A stretch of DNA of 64,000 bases from Octopus bimaculoides (taxonomy: Eukaryota): assembly GCF_001194135.2 (NCBI RefSeq), contig NC_068990.1, positions 16,725,766 to 16,789,765 on the forward strand, read 5' to 3'. Positions 1 through 13,519 of the stretch are shown in pieces. The first letter of the stretch is position 1; every line of letters begins with the position of its first letter. The notes below the pieces were generated by a model. The model had not been told where the DNA came from. It saw nothing but the letters and a program-made list of their open reading frames with translations, and did no database searches. The position numbers were made by a program, and so were the translations under genes.

Positions 1-167
1 GGAGTACCAGTTGACATTGTGTAACAGTTGTAAATGAGTGTCACTGTCATACAAGCAGTGTCATTCATTTCCAGTATTTTGCAGAAACATGTCTGCTCAG
101 GTTAGGGTTAGTGACTGGAAGAGCATTCAACTATAGAAAATCTGCTTCAATAAACTCCATCCAATAC
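1..167 (+). repeat. Dispersed repeat with RTE-like tail, interrupted by the RTE insertion (resumes about 790-850)
   Basis: Similar to 33905-34150 (tagttgtaaatgag...acaagcagtgtcattcatttcca). The tail resumes after the second TSD and ends in gatgatgat. Confidence 0.6.
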
Positions 168-789
168 TTCTTCTTCTTGCCTTTAACCCTCCAACGTGGA
201 GTATAGGCCAGTTATAATTGAGTTCCATGTCGCATAATTTCTCACTTCTGTACTTATACTCTGCCATGAATGTTCCCCCTTCTCTAGTTCCTTTTGTGTT
301 GATCTACGCCACGAGTTCTTAGGCCTACCCCTCTTTCTATATCCATCCGGATTCTACTGTAAAGCACTTTTCACTGCATTTGGTGTGTCCTTTCTAATTG
401 TGCAATCCACTTCCACTTTTTCTTAAATATTTGCTCTCTAATCGGAACTTGATTCATTCTTTGCCATAGCTCCATATTGCTTATGCGCTCGGGCCATCTG
501 ATTTTAAGTATACTATGCAAGCACCTGTTGATGAATGATTGTATTTGCTTATTTGACTTAACTGTTGTTCTCCATGTCTCAACCCCATACAATAACACCG
601 CTTTTACGTTTGTGTTAAAAATTCTTATTTTGTTCTTTATTGAAATTACACTTGTGCTCCATACTTGCATGGAAATGGAGCTATGGATAAATTCGAAGTA
701 AAAACAGGAGTTCGACAGGGCTGTATACTTTCTTCCTTTTTATTTCTACTAGTTATAGATTGGATTATGAAAGAAACTATGACTGAAAG
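168..789 (-). mobile_element. 5'-truncated, 5'-inverted RTE-clade LINE insertion
   Basis: Minus strand from about 660 to 170 encodes the RTE C-terminus (IFNTNVKAVLLYGVETW...Q*NPDGYRKRGRPKNSWRRS) ending in a (GAA)n tail. Plus strand 668-789 encodes the RT motif VKTGVRQGCILSSFLFLLVIDWIMK. Direct repeat CCATCCAATAC at 157-167 and 790-800 is the TSD. Confidence 0.88.
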
Positions 790-1534
790 CCATCCAATAC
801 TGGCAATCATAAAAAAAAAACTGATGTTAAACACAATGTTGATGATGATACTATTTATTCTCTATTAGCAGAGAATAACTAAAATCACAAAAAAATGATC
901 TTAGTCTTTGCATGTTTTTCCAACTTCCACATGAAACAAGGTCATCATGCCATTTTATTTTTAACCTCTTTTTATTTCTGTTCTTTTTCAGAGGAATATA
1001 AACATTGACACAATCAGCCAACCAGTAAATCAATCAATCACAACATAAATAATGTATAAACGAGGAAATTTCTAGGGGAGAAAATCATTGAATTTTACCT
1101 GTGAAACGCACACCAACATTTTTCAAAGAAAAATAAAAAATAAAAATCTCTGACACAGCCAGAAATATGTCTGAAGTAAGTGTTCCTTCATTGCCTACAT
1201 ATTTTACTCAGAAGCCATTTGGTTATAAAACTCTTCTCACCCTACTTTATAATGTGGCATGTTTTCCCTCCTTGCTGAGTTATCGTCTTTGTGTGAGTGT
1301 GTGTGTTTTTGTTTTTGATTTTAGTGTGTTTAGGTATTTCATGCAAAGTCTGATGGCATTGTTCTTTCTCCTCACCTTCTCTCTGTCTGTCTCCCTCCTC
1401 CTCTATCTCTGTCTCTCTGTTTTCTTCTGGCCCTCTCCTCTCTTCTTTTATGTTGCTTTCTGGTTCTGTTTCTATGGCATACACATGCTCTCACATGTAT
1501 ATATTGGTTTATGTCCATATCTGTGTGCATGGGT

Positions 1535-1539
<5 letters not shown>

Positions 1540-1565
<26 letters not shown>

Positions 1566-1633
1566 CATATATATATATTTGTGCATGAGTGTCAACTTTT
1601 AGTACAACTTTTTTTGTTTTCTCTATGAGCATA

Positions 1634-1676
<43 letters not shown>

Positions 1677-1810
1677 TATATGCATGCATTACACACACAT
1701 ACACATATATGTATATATATATGTATATATACATATGTGTATATATATGTATATATATATGCATATATATATATGTGTGTGTGTATATATGTATATATAT
1801 ATATGTATAC

Positions 1811-1876
<66 letters not shown>

Positions 1877-1934
1877 ATATATGTGTGTGTGTGTGTACCT
1901 ATGCATATTTACATATAAATGTATGTAAGCACAT

Positions 1935-1970
<36 letters not shown>
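1540..1970. repeat. Compound (TG)n/(TA)n/(CA)n microsatellite; representative of dozens in the window
   Basis: Visible directly; source of spurious [12 protein letters not shown] ORFs. Confidence 0.95.
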
Positions 1971-1973
<3 letters not shown>

Positions 1974-2544
1974 GTACATATATTATTACAGTCGGCAATT
2001 TGGCGGCAGGTTTTTCTTTGAGAAGATAAATGTTCTACAACACACATTATTACATAAGCCATCATTAGTAATGAAACCTGCAATAGCAAGTCCTTAGGAC
2101 ATTTTACTGCCACAACAAGGAATACTTGTGGTGTCTGTGGAATATCTCATTAGCAACGGAACTTAAAATATTCTCTGGAAAACAAAGAAACGAAGCTGAA
2201 ATATAAAAATCAATTATGATAAAATAAATCATTGATTATCTTTTGTATAGGCACACACACACACGCACATACTCACAAATATGCATATACATACATATAC
2301 ACATCATCATCATCATCATCATCGTTTAACGTCCGCTTTCCATGCTAGCATGGGTTGGACGATTTGACTGAGGACTGGTGAAAGCCGATGGCTACACCAG
2401 GATCCAATCTGATTTGACACACATGAATATATATGCATACATACATACACATATGCATAAACACACACATCTACATACATATACACTCCAGCATTCCCTT
2501 CTCACTTCCTCTCACCCTCTCTCTCCTTACTTCCTCCAGTACGC

Positions 2545-2830
2545 AGCACTCCAGCACACTCTTCTCATTTCCTTCAGCATTCTCTGCTCTCCACCTCCAG
2601 CACTCTCTGCTCTCCAGCACTCTCTGCTCTCCAGCACTCCCTGCTCTCCACCTCCAGCACTCTCCTCTACCTCTAGCACTCTCTGCTCTCCAGCACTCTC
2701 TGCTCTCTAGCACTCTCTGCTCTCCACCTCCAGCACTCTCCTCTACCTCTAGCACTCTCTGCTCTCCAGCACTCTCTCCTCACTTCCTCCAGCGTTCTGC
2801 TCAATTCATCCAGCACTCCTCCTTTCCTCC
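2545..2830. repeat. Pyrimidine-rich minisatellite of shuffled modules (actctctgctctccagc / actctctgctctccacctccagc / actctcctctacctctagc)
   Basis: Repeated 17-23 nt units read directly. Confidence 0.85.
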
Positions 2831-3824
2831 AGCATTCTCTTTGTCTCTCCATTATTTTCCTATCCACCAAATGTCTAATATTTCCAGAGGTTCAATACCC
2901 ACTGATGCCAAATACCTCCAATTGTATTGTATCAATAATTTTTCTTGACTCTTTCAAATTTCAACACTCTGTCCAAAATTCATTCCAAGCTCTGTAAACT
3001 CTTTCAGTTTGCACTGATCGGTTTGCAATCATCATGAACTTTTCCAACATTTGTGAAACTCTTCACATAGACTGTGAACCTCTCACATTTGTCTCAAATT
3101 TTTCTCATCCACATTAATCCATTCAAACACCCTAAATTCTAGCCATTATCACGAAATCCTCTCAATTGATAAGAATTCATCTTAATGTTTTTGAGCTTTG
3201 ATTTAACACTGCAAACTCTGACCAAACATTGCAAAACCCTTTCCAAAGTTTGAGAACTTTGTCCATAACATTTCCAAACTCACTTCCTTACACAAATTCC
3301 TTCTTATAACTCTTCTCTCCCCAAACTCATCCTAAACAGCCTGACTCATCACAAAATATCCACAGCAATCACATGCTTGCCTCACTCTTCATACAGACTG
3401 CATCATTTACCTGCAGCTCATTACATAAGCACTTCCAGGCTTCTTGACAAGTATTGACCTGTTGTAGATTTTTTGTAAACAAATGGATCATTCATATGGT
3501 GCTATTTGTTTCCAGTTCTCCAAATAAACCTGTCCATATTGTTCATTGCTCAATAGACTGGGGGAGGGGGTATTACTACTTCATTTGGAAACAAGTGGTG
3601 GGGTTAGCATCAGGAAGAGCATCCAGCTGTAGAAACTCTGCTCCAGTGTAGTCTTGTTTGACACATGCAAGCATGGATGAATGTATTTTAAAATGAATAA
3701 TAAGGTGGAGATGATGGGGATGTGTCCAGTAAGTCTGAAGGCCCAGCACCTTCAAAAGACCCAACAGCTTCACTCATCTTGAACTTGCAAGCTTCTCTAA
3801 AATCCAGTATTGGTTTTGAGAGCT

Positions 3825-4185
3825 TATATGTGACTACGTGACTTCCTAGAAAGAGTAGTCAAATCAAATGATATCCTACTAAATTAAAAATTAGAAAAGA
3901 CACATTAGGTAATGTAGTTCAGGGTCAACAGTAAACTGTGAAAAGATGGGATGGCCATGGATAGAATACCTTTGATCAAAGATCCACTGAATGAGAGTCT
4001 GCCTGGTGCTAAACAACAATAGCAATGTGTCCAATCATGAGCCCAACAGGAGAGTGTCTATGTGGTCTCTTGATTTGCTAGAAATAGCACCCAGATGGTC
4101 ATGGCTAGAAATATCTTTGATTATTGAGTCCACTCAATCAGAGCAATCCTAGGGCTAAATAGCAGTAACAACAATAACAACAAAA
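3825..4185 (+). repeat. Dispersed repeat family (ttgacctgctagaaatagcagc...ggggctaaacaacaac), (CAA)n-tailed
   Basis: Related copies near 20590-20700(-), 31400-31500(-), 46720-47100, 48140-48280 and 59420-59520. Confidence 0.65.
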
Positions 4186-4775
4186 TAGAACTGAAAAACA
4201 AATAAACCATCCCTTCTTGACAACCAACACCTACCTGAAGACAGTAAATAAACCCAAGTCATTTGGCTGTTTGACCTTCCCTTTCCCCCCTCCTCTCCAA
4301 ATAGACTCTCCCTGAATGTTTGTTTAAACTATGGCAGAAATACTACTGCAAGGCGGTGTTAACCAAATAGACAGGTGACACCAAATACTTTGAATAATCT
4401 CAATCCCCCCTCTCCCTTACTCTCTCTCTCTCTCACTCTCTCTCTCTCTATATATGGACATGTATATATGTATATATATATATATGTTGTGGTGGTGGTG
4501 GTGGTGGTGCTGCTGCTGCTGTTTTTTATCTCGTTAATTAGCCAGCATTCCCCTCTTGCACCTTGCCAACAACTGGAGGAGCAGAAAAAAGAAAGAAAAT
4601 GAAAAACAAGGAAAACGGATTGCAGAAAGGTTTAGAAGACAACTGGAAAACCACCACCTCCTCCTCCTCCTCCTCCTCCTCCTACTACTACTACTACTAC
4701 TACTACAGACCAACATAAAATTACCCCCACCCAAAGGTGAAATAAAACTGACGGTGTGTGTGTATGTACGCTTGA

Positions 4776-4810
<35 letters not shown>

Positions 4811-6026
4811 CAAGCATACACATGAACATATTTACGTATTTTACATAATGCAAACATACACTCATGCATCTTCTGTGTATGTGTGTATGCTTGTGCAAAT
4901 GTAATTGTGTGTTCACATGCATATGCTTATGTATCCAAATCTGTGTGTGTATGTGTGTGTTCATGTGAATATATAGAGATGCAATATGACCAAACAGTTA
5001 AGAAGTTTACTTTGCAATTACAAGGTCCCAGGTTCAATCCAACTACATAGCATCTCGGACAAATGTCATTTTCTATGGCCTTTGCTCAACCCATACCTTG
5101 TAAGTGAAATTGCATTGATGGAAACTGTATGGAATCTTGCTGGATTGTATCTATAATTTAGAAAGTACTCCCTGAAACTTGGGTGTATGGCCCCTACATC
5201 CTCCTCATTCCATCTTTATCATCTTTCTTTCTCCTCTCTCTATCCCTCAATACTACTCTCCCCTCAGTTGAGGGGTCTTGTCCTGCAAGTTACTTGCTGA
5301 CCTCACCACTACCAGAGCCACTTGTTGGCATTTGAAAGGGCACCCACTTGTAGAAACCATACCAAAACAGACAGCAGGGATTGATGCAGTCTTCTCACTT
5401 AACAGTTCCTGTCAAACCATCCCACCCATGCCAGCATGGGAAATGGATGTTAAATGATAATGATGAGTCACACTGACTCTATTTGAGAATTACATGAAGA
5501 GTACACGTCTTTGAAATACTCAACCAACTGCTTATTAAATCCTCATCATTGAACAATGGAGATTCACCACTACCTTTTATATATATCATGCTCTAATTTA
5601 GAGTTTAGAGTTTGTTAAAAAAGATTATGCAATTTAAAGAAGCTTCTTTTCATTTGAATTAAAAAGAAATCAATTAAACTATAGCCCTCTACTTTAAAAT
5701 GGACAAATTGCAGTTAATTACAGTTTTGGTATATTTTCTCTTTTCTATTTTTTTTCAATTCCATTAAAATTATTTTAAGGGTACTCAACCATTAGAATGT
5801 TAATTCAGGGGCAGGTAATTCAGTTAATCAAACCATTGAATTCTCATCTTCAAACAATGGATATCCACCACCATATCTGAATATGAATACTGATGTGTGC
5901 GTGTTTGGGTATGTGTATACATTCATGTATGCTTGCATATGGAGATCTGTTTGCATGTATGTATGCATGTGAACATGTATGTATGTGAACATGTATGTAC
6001 ACACACACACACACACACACACCCAC

Positions 6027-6195
6027 AGGTGTAGGCATGGCTGTGTGGTTAAGAAGCTTGCTTCCCAATCATAAAGTCTTGGGTTCAGTCCCACTGCAAA
6101 GCACCTTGGGCAATTGACTTCTACTAAAGCCTTGGGCTGGCCAAAGCCTTGCAAGTGGATTCGGTAAAAAGAAACTGAAAGAAACCTGTTGTGTG
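6027..6195 (+). mobile_element. tRNA-derived SINE family A (5' half)
   Basis: A-box-like tggctgtgtgg, B-box-like ggttcagtccc and CORE-like ccttgggcaa; same family as 43777-44092. Confidence 0.75.
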
Positions 6196-6228
6196 TGTAT
6201 ATCCTATATGTATGTGCACATGCGCACG

Positions 6229-6263
<35 letters not shown>

Positions 6264-6865
6264 CCTATTTATAAAGGACAACATTTTGGTACACACACAC
6301 ACACACACACACACATATGCATCTGTGCATTTGCACACACACACACAATGCACACACATCTATAGTTATACTTGTATTTATACATATAAACATAGCTGTA
6401 CACACAAGAAAATTGGCTAAGTTGCTAGAGTGGCAGACAGAATGCTTTGTGGTATTTGTTCTGATTGTCTATACTCCAAGTTCAAATCCCACTAACGTCA
6501 ACTTAAAACTTTCACCCTTTCAGGGTAGATAAAAAAGGTACCACTCCAACAGAGTAGATTGGCAAAACTATATGAATATCAGACCAGATGCCTTGTGGTA
6601 TTTGTTCCAGCTCTTTCTGTTCTTAGTTCAGGTCCTGCTTTGGCCTACTTGGTGGGATTGACTCAATCCATAACCTGATTTAACATAACCACCTGACCCT
6701 TTGCATGCTTTGGCAGGGTCCATCCTGTTGCAAGACGCATTCAGAACAGGTCTCTGGTTTGAAAGTATCCTCACCATCCCCCTTCAATAGTCTGGGATGC
6801 CTTGTAAAGGGTCATCGGCATGGCTATCTCTTCTGATTTAAAGATAATACAGACATGCACACACA

Positions 6866-6900
<35 letters not shown>

Positions 6901-7870
6901 TTGGCTATGTTAAGATTATTGAAGATTAAAAAATGCACTTTGGATGCTACCACAGGATATGCTATTTATATACACATACGCACACATATACATACACGTG
7001 TGTGTAATTTGTATGTACATACATAGACCTATGTAAGTGTATGTCTGTGGGTGGTAGGGTGTCTACTAAGCTCACAGCCTAACTATTTATTTTAATGTTT
7101 TCTGTGTTGATTTGTTACCCTTCTCTGCTACCATACCATACACCAGCTTTTGCTTCTGTCTCACTAGTTAGACAGGCAAACACACACACACACACACACA
7201 TACACGTGTGTGTGTGTGTGTGTATGTAGTGGGGAGAGAGAGAGAGAGAGAGAAGGGCTGCAAAATTGTGTAGGAGTGTGTGAGGGAGAGATCAACAGAA
7301 TTTGCAAATAAGGGAGTGAAGGGCATAGTCCCTACCCCTTTCCCTACTGGCTCAGATGGGGCTGGGTTGAGAATATTGCCTTCAGACTTGCTCAGTCTCT
7401 TCCAAGAAAGCCAGCTGCCTACCATTATGTTCTTTCTTGAGATAATGTTAGAATGTCAGCCTATAACTAACTGACTTTGCTTCTGCTCCCACTGTCCACA
7501 CACTTTGTTTCTCTTTGTCCATACAATCTCTTGTCTTTCTTGTCTTTCTTACCCCATCAGCTCCATCTCCGCTTGGACAAAAAAATGCGGTAAATTGGTA
7601 GCAAAAGTGGGATGGGTGGGGGACAGTATTTTGGTACATGGAGACTGGTTGACTAGTTGGAATGGATTTAGAAATATCTGTAAAACGCTGATTAATACAT
7701 CTCTCCTTCATCAAGTTGTGTGTATATATATGTGTGTATATCTGTGTATGTGTATGATATACACACACATTATATAACATATATATTACATGTATATATG
7801 CATATGTATAATATATATATGCATATATGTGTGTGTGTGTATGTATGTATACATGTGTATATGTATAATA

Positions 7871-7911
<41 letters not shown>

Positions 7912-8665
7912 NNNNNNNNNNNNNNNNNNNNNNNNNNNNNNNNNNNNNNNNNNNNNNNNNNNNNNNNNNNNNNNNNNNNNNNNNNNNNNNNNNNNNNNNN
8001 NNNNNNNNNNNNNNNNNNNNNNNNNNNNNNNNNNNNNNNNNNNNNNNNNNNNNNNNNNNNNNNNNNNNNNNNNNNNNNNNNNNNNNNNNNNNNNNNNNNN
8101 NNNNNNNNNNNNNNNNNNNNNNNNNNNNNNNNNNNNNNNNNNNNNNNNNNNNNNNNNNNNNNNNNNNNNNNNNNNNNNNNNNNNNNNNNNNNNNNNNNNN
8201 NNNNNNNNNNNNNNNNNNNNNNNNNNNNNNNNNNNNNNNNNNNNNNNNNNNNNNNNNNNNNNNNNNNNNNNNNNNNNNNNNNNNNNNNNNNNNNNNNNNN
8301 NNNNNNNNNNNNNNNNNNNNNNNNNNNNNNNNNNNNNNNNNNNNNNNNNNNNNNNNNNNNNNNNNNNNNNNNNNNNNNNNNNNNNNNNNNNNNNNNNNNN
8401 NNNNNNNNNNNNNNNNNNNNNNNNNNNNNNNNNNNNNNNNNNNNNNNNNNNNNNNNNNNNNNNNNNNNNNNNNNNNNNNNNNNNNNNNNNNNNNNNNNNN
8501 NNNNNNNNNNNNNNNNNNNNNNNNNNNNNNNNNNNNNNNNNNNNNNNNNNNNNNNNNNNNNNNNNNNNNNNNNNNNNNNNNNNNNNNNNNNNNNNNNNNN
8601 NNNNNNNNNNNNNNNNNNNNNNNNNNNNNNNNNNNNNNNNNNNNNNNNNNNNNNNNNNNNNNNNN

Positions 8666-8701
<36 letters not shown>

Positions 8702-8729
8702 CACACACATATATATATATATATATATT

Positions 8730-8760
<31 letters not shown>

Positions 8761-8869
8761 TCACATATAAATATTCACACATATGTACATACACATGTGT
8801 GTTAGTGTGTGTGTGTATTTGTTGGGTTGGTATACAGATGTGCCTGTTTGTATGCATGTGTGCGCACAC

Positions 8870-9150
8870 ATGGCTGTGGTACTCCGTCGGTTACAATGAT
8901 AAGTGTTCCAGTTGATTTGATTGATGGAACAGCCTGCTCATGAAATAATGTAAGTGGCTGAGTACTCCACAGAGTAGTGTAGTTCTCAAGGAGATTTATT
9001 GTGATATACCGAATGTGACAAGGCTGGCTCTTTATATTACAGGTACAACTAATTTTTGCCAGCTGAGTGGACTGGAGCAACATGAAATAAAGTCTCAATG
9101 CACTACTGGGAATTGAACTCATAACTTTGCGATCATGAGCTGAACTCTAA
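8870..9150 (-). mobile_element. tRNA-derived SINE (family E) with gctccagtccactcagctggcaaaa central domain
   Basis: Head and central domain match 16890-17023(+) and 21090-21240(-); the 3' tail is shared with the 47461 family. Confidence 0.6.
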
Positions 9151-9191
9151 CTGTTCCACATACCTTCATATCATACATACAAAACCACATT

Positions 9192-9406
9192 CTTTTTTAC
9201 TCTAGGCACAGAGCCTGGAATTTTTGGAGAGGGGGCCAGTCGATTAAATTGATCCCAGTATGCAACTGGTACTTAATTTATCAACCCTGAAAGGATGAAA
9301 GGCAAAGTCAACCTTGGCGGAATTTGAACTCAGAACGTTAAGACAGACTAAATACCGCTAAGCATTTCGCCCGGTGTGCTAACGTTTCTGCCAGCTCGCC
9401 GCCTTG
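9192..9406 (-). mobile_element. SINE family B, intact copy with 15-bp TSD
   Basis: ATACAAAACCACATT at 9177-9191 and 9407-9421. Body aaggcggcgagctggcagaaacg...tctgagttcaaattccgcc...ctttcatcctttc recurs many times in the window. Confidence 0.88.
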
Positions 9407-10894
9407 ATACAAAACCACATTGCACAGGTTTTGGGTTAAACCAAGTAACAGTGATGAATAAGCACATGCAGAGCTCTTTCACCAGCCTATCTATGCTATT
9501 CTGTATTGCTTATCTGATGTAATAACTTCAGGAAGTGATCTTCTAATTTTATTTTTATCTAATGGGTGTAGGCATAGCTGCATAGCTAAGTAGGGGTCAG
9601 AGCTAAGTAGTTTGCTTCTGAATTTAGTTTTACTGTGTGGCACCTTGGACAAATGTCTTCTACCAATTTCTTTGGTCTGACCAAAGCTTTGGTAGTGGAT
9701 TTGGCAGGCAGAAATTGAAAGAGTGTGTGTGTGTCTGTGTGTTTGTGTGTGTGTGTGTTTGTTTTACATTTGCATACTATCAATGTCATGGGCTCCCAGC
9801 TCACAGTTCTCTATCTTCTCTATTTAGTAACTTCGCTTTCAAGTCAACACGAAACTTCTGTATAGCTACTTTATCTACTAGAAATAGCTGTCAAATATTC
9901 CTCAAATAACAGCCTCTCTATTGATAAAAACAGAAAGTCTTCACATGGGCTAATGTAGTTCAGAGTACACTATACCAGGAACAATATAAAATATAGGGTG
10001 AACATGACTGGTATACCTCAGAATTTACATCTGCTAGAAATAGCAAGCAAATCTTCTTCAAATGACACCCTGTTAATTTAAAGGAAATGATGGTCACACT
10101 GGAAAATGTAGTCCAGGGTACAGTGTGCCAGGAATAAAAGAAAATAAATAGGGAGAGAATGATCATAGCTGGTGTGGTACCTCAGCTCATACACCTGCTC
10201 TAAGTAGACTAAACAACAGCAGCGTCATCAACAACTTAATCTCTACCTCGTTAGCTATACTAATTAATCAGTGTTCTAATGTTACATACCCTACCTTGTT
10301 CCACTTCTGTGACCAAATGATCTAAATTTCAATACGAGATATCAACCCCTTCTCTCTACTTTAATATGGTGTTAACTAGACAGCTGCCAATTTCTAGAGC
10401 ATGGCCTGAAATCTTTCCCTTTCTCTCTCTGCCTTTTTCTCTCTTTTCTTCTCTTCTACCCTCTCTTTCTCTCTCCTCTTTCCTTACAAATACATGGATA
10501 TGTATATCTATCTATCTACCTACTCACCTACACACACACACATGTATACACACATACGCACGTGCACACACACATGCATACACACACGTATTCATCACCA
10601 TTATTTAATGACCATGCTCCAAGCTGATATGAGCAAAACAGTCTGACAGAATCTGATGGGTCCAAGGACTGCATCCTGCTCCAGTGTAGGCCTTGGCATG
10701 GTTTCTATGGCTGGATGCCCTTCATCATGACAACCACTTTACAACATAGACTGGGGCTTTTTTGTGCCACCAGCACTAGTGACATCATTGTATAGCTTGC
10801 AAGACTATGACTTTTGAGGGCGCAACTTTATGTTAAGATATGAAGGATAGAAATATGAGAGAAGGGGTCAGAGCAGAACCAGTTTCTTGCTGTA

Positions 10895-11071
10895 GAGGAA
10901 CTACATGGCACCCACTACACTCTCGGCATTAGGAACTGTAGAAACCTTGCCAGATCAGACTGGAGCCTGGTGCAGCCTTCTGGTTAGCCAGTCCTCGGTC
11001 AAACCATGCAACCCATACCAGCATGAAAAGCGGATGTTAAACGACAATGATGATGATGATGATGATGATGA

Positions 11072-11073
<2 letters not shown>
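10895..11073 (+). mobile_element. RTE 3'-end/UTR-derived repeat (family C) with (GAT)n tail
   Basis: cacccactacactctc...ccagcatg...gttaaacgatgatgat; other copies at 2303-2415(-), 16575-16765, 24450-24615, 29815-30106, 30640-30880, 36825-37060(-) and 56824-57075. Confidence 0.75.
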
Positions 11074-11165
<92 letters not shown>

Positions 11166-11843
11166 CCACAATGGGCTTCTTTCAGTTTCCATCTACCAAA
11201 TTCACTCACAATGCTTTGGTTGGCCCAAGGCTATAGTAGAGGACACTTTCCCTAGGTGCCACACCATGGGACTGAACCCGAAACCATGTGGTTAGGAAGC
11301 AAGCTTCTTACCACACAGCCACTCCTGCACCTATATATGTACATATATGGTTTGTATAAAAAACAAAAGACAGAGACAGGTGAGACAACAACAAATATGG
11401 TGTATTAGTTTGACGCTCAGGGAAATTGGAAGAAGCCTTTGATGGTTTGAGCTTACACGCATCTACAGAAAGGAATGAAGAGAGAAAACAGAGCGAGAGA
11501 GAGAAAAAACATGTCTGGATCAACTGTTGCACATGCTGAATTGACCGGAAGGAAGGAAGTGGCTGGAGACAAGGGCAGCAATGGAGAAATCAGTGACCTG
11601 GCTAAAGTCTGTGTGTGTGCAAGCATGTTTGTATATGTGAAGTTAATGTGTGCTTGTGTATCTGTGCGTACGGTTGAGCACATGTATGTGTGTGTGAGGA
11701 TGAAGATTATGTGAGTGTGTATATGTGTATATGAGCATTATGTGTGTGTATGAGAGAACAAATATGTGTACATGTGTGGAGCGATGTGTACATGTGTGGA
11801 GCGATGTGTACATGTGTATGGACCTGTGTGTGAGTGTGTGAGG

Positions 11844-11880
<37 letters not shown>

Positions 11881-12478
11881 NNNNNNNNNNNNNNNNNNNN
11901 NNNNNNNNNNNNNNNNNNNNNNNNNNNNNNNNNNNNNNNNNNNNNNNNNNNNNNNNNNNNNNNNNNNNNNNNNNNNNNNNNNNNNNNNNNNNNNNNNNNN
12001 NNNNNNNNNNNNNNNNNNNNNNNNNNNNNNNNNNNNNNNNNNNNNNNNNNNNNNNNNNNNNNNNNNNNNNNNNNNNNNNNNNNNNNNNNNNNNNNNNNNN
12101 NNNNNNNNNNNNNNNNNNNNNNNNNNNNNNNNNNNNNNNNNNNNNNNNNNNNNNNNNNNNNNNNNNNNNNNNNNNNNNNNNNNNNNNNNNNNNNNNNNNN
12201 NNNNNNNNNNNNNNNNNNNNNNNNNNNNNNNNNNNNNNNNNNNNNNNNNNNNNNNNNNNNNNNNNNNNNNNNNNNNNNNNNNNNNNNNNNNNNNNNNNNN
12301 NNNNNNNNNNNNNNNNNNNNNNNNNNNNNNNNNNNNNNNNNNNNNNNNNNNNNNNNNNNNNNNNNNNNNNNNNNNNNNNNNNNNNNNNNNNNNNNNNNNN
12401 NNNNNNNNNNNNNNNNNNNNNNNNNNNNNNNNNNNNNNNNNNNNNNNNNNNNNNNNNNNNNNNNNNNNNNNNNNNNNN

Positions 12479-12526
<48 letters not shown>

Positions 12527-13466
12527 CTTCCTTCAGTATTGGTATATGGCATCATTCACTCACACAACCTTTCCTTGTGATGTAAGTAAAGAGGCTAGGC
12601 TGAGCAAGAGGGTGAATGACATTGTCTCCTCCCACTGACACTCTGTAGACCAATACTGAAAGAACATCCTATGTCACTCTCTGTTTCCTCATTTTGCTCC
12701 TACCCTTTGCTTTTGTCTTTCCTCTGCCATCACTTTTGGCTCACCCCCACCTTCATCTCTTTACAAATTCTATTTCTTCTCTTCACTTCCTCACTAATTA
12801 TTGCTTTCTTCCTCTCACTTCACCCCACTCTGTTTATGTTTCTCCTTGCGACCCACCTCCCGCTTTCTCACTTTCTTTCACACTCTTTTCCTATCCCCCA
12901 CCCACCTCTCTCTGTATCATCATTCCCTTCCTCTCCTCCCTCCCCTCCCTATAATCGTGTTCTGATTTCTCTCTCTAATAAAATCGTAAAATGTTAAATG
13001 GTGCGTGAGAGACATTTTGAAACATTCCTATCTTGTTACTTCACTCTTTTCTTTTGCAATCACTCTTCTCTTTTTTTGTTGTTGTTTTTTTCGCTTTTTG
13101 TTTACCATTTTTTATTATTTTTTTTCCAGTTTTATAGGTTATTGTTGTTGTTATTGGGGTTGTTGCTATTTGGTATCAGGTCATCCATGATAAAACAAAC
13201 GTATGGCTAAAGGGATACGCTCTGTAGCCATCACCGACCAATCGTCTGTTTCATTTATTTTTATCTTTCCTTTTCTTGGGGCACTGGCTGGAAGAGTTTT
13301 AGTCGAACAGATCAACCCTGGTACTTGATTCTGTCGGTCTCTTTTGACAAACTGCTAACAGGGACATAAACAAACCAACCCTGGTTGTTGATCATTTAGA
13401 AGAAGGAACAAACACAGACGTAAAGACACATGCATATCTATCTATCTATCTGTCTGTCTGTCTATC

Positions 13467-13519
<53 letters not shown>

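Noticed and set aside
101-111. Telomeric repeat gttagggttag
   Set aside because: Under two units; expected by chance.
11767-11820. 20-bp tandem repeat (also the 21-bp repeat at about 26045-26095 and the 24-bp repeat at about 34745-34795)
   Set aside because: Ordinary slippage duplications in low-complexity DNA.
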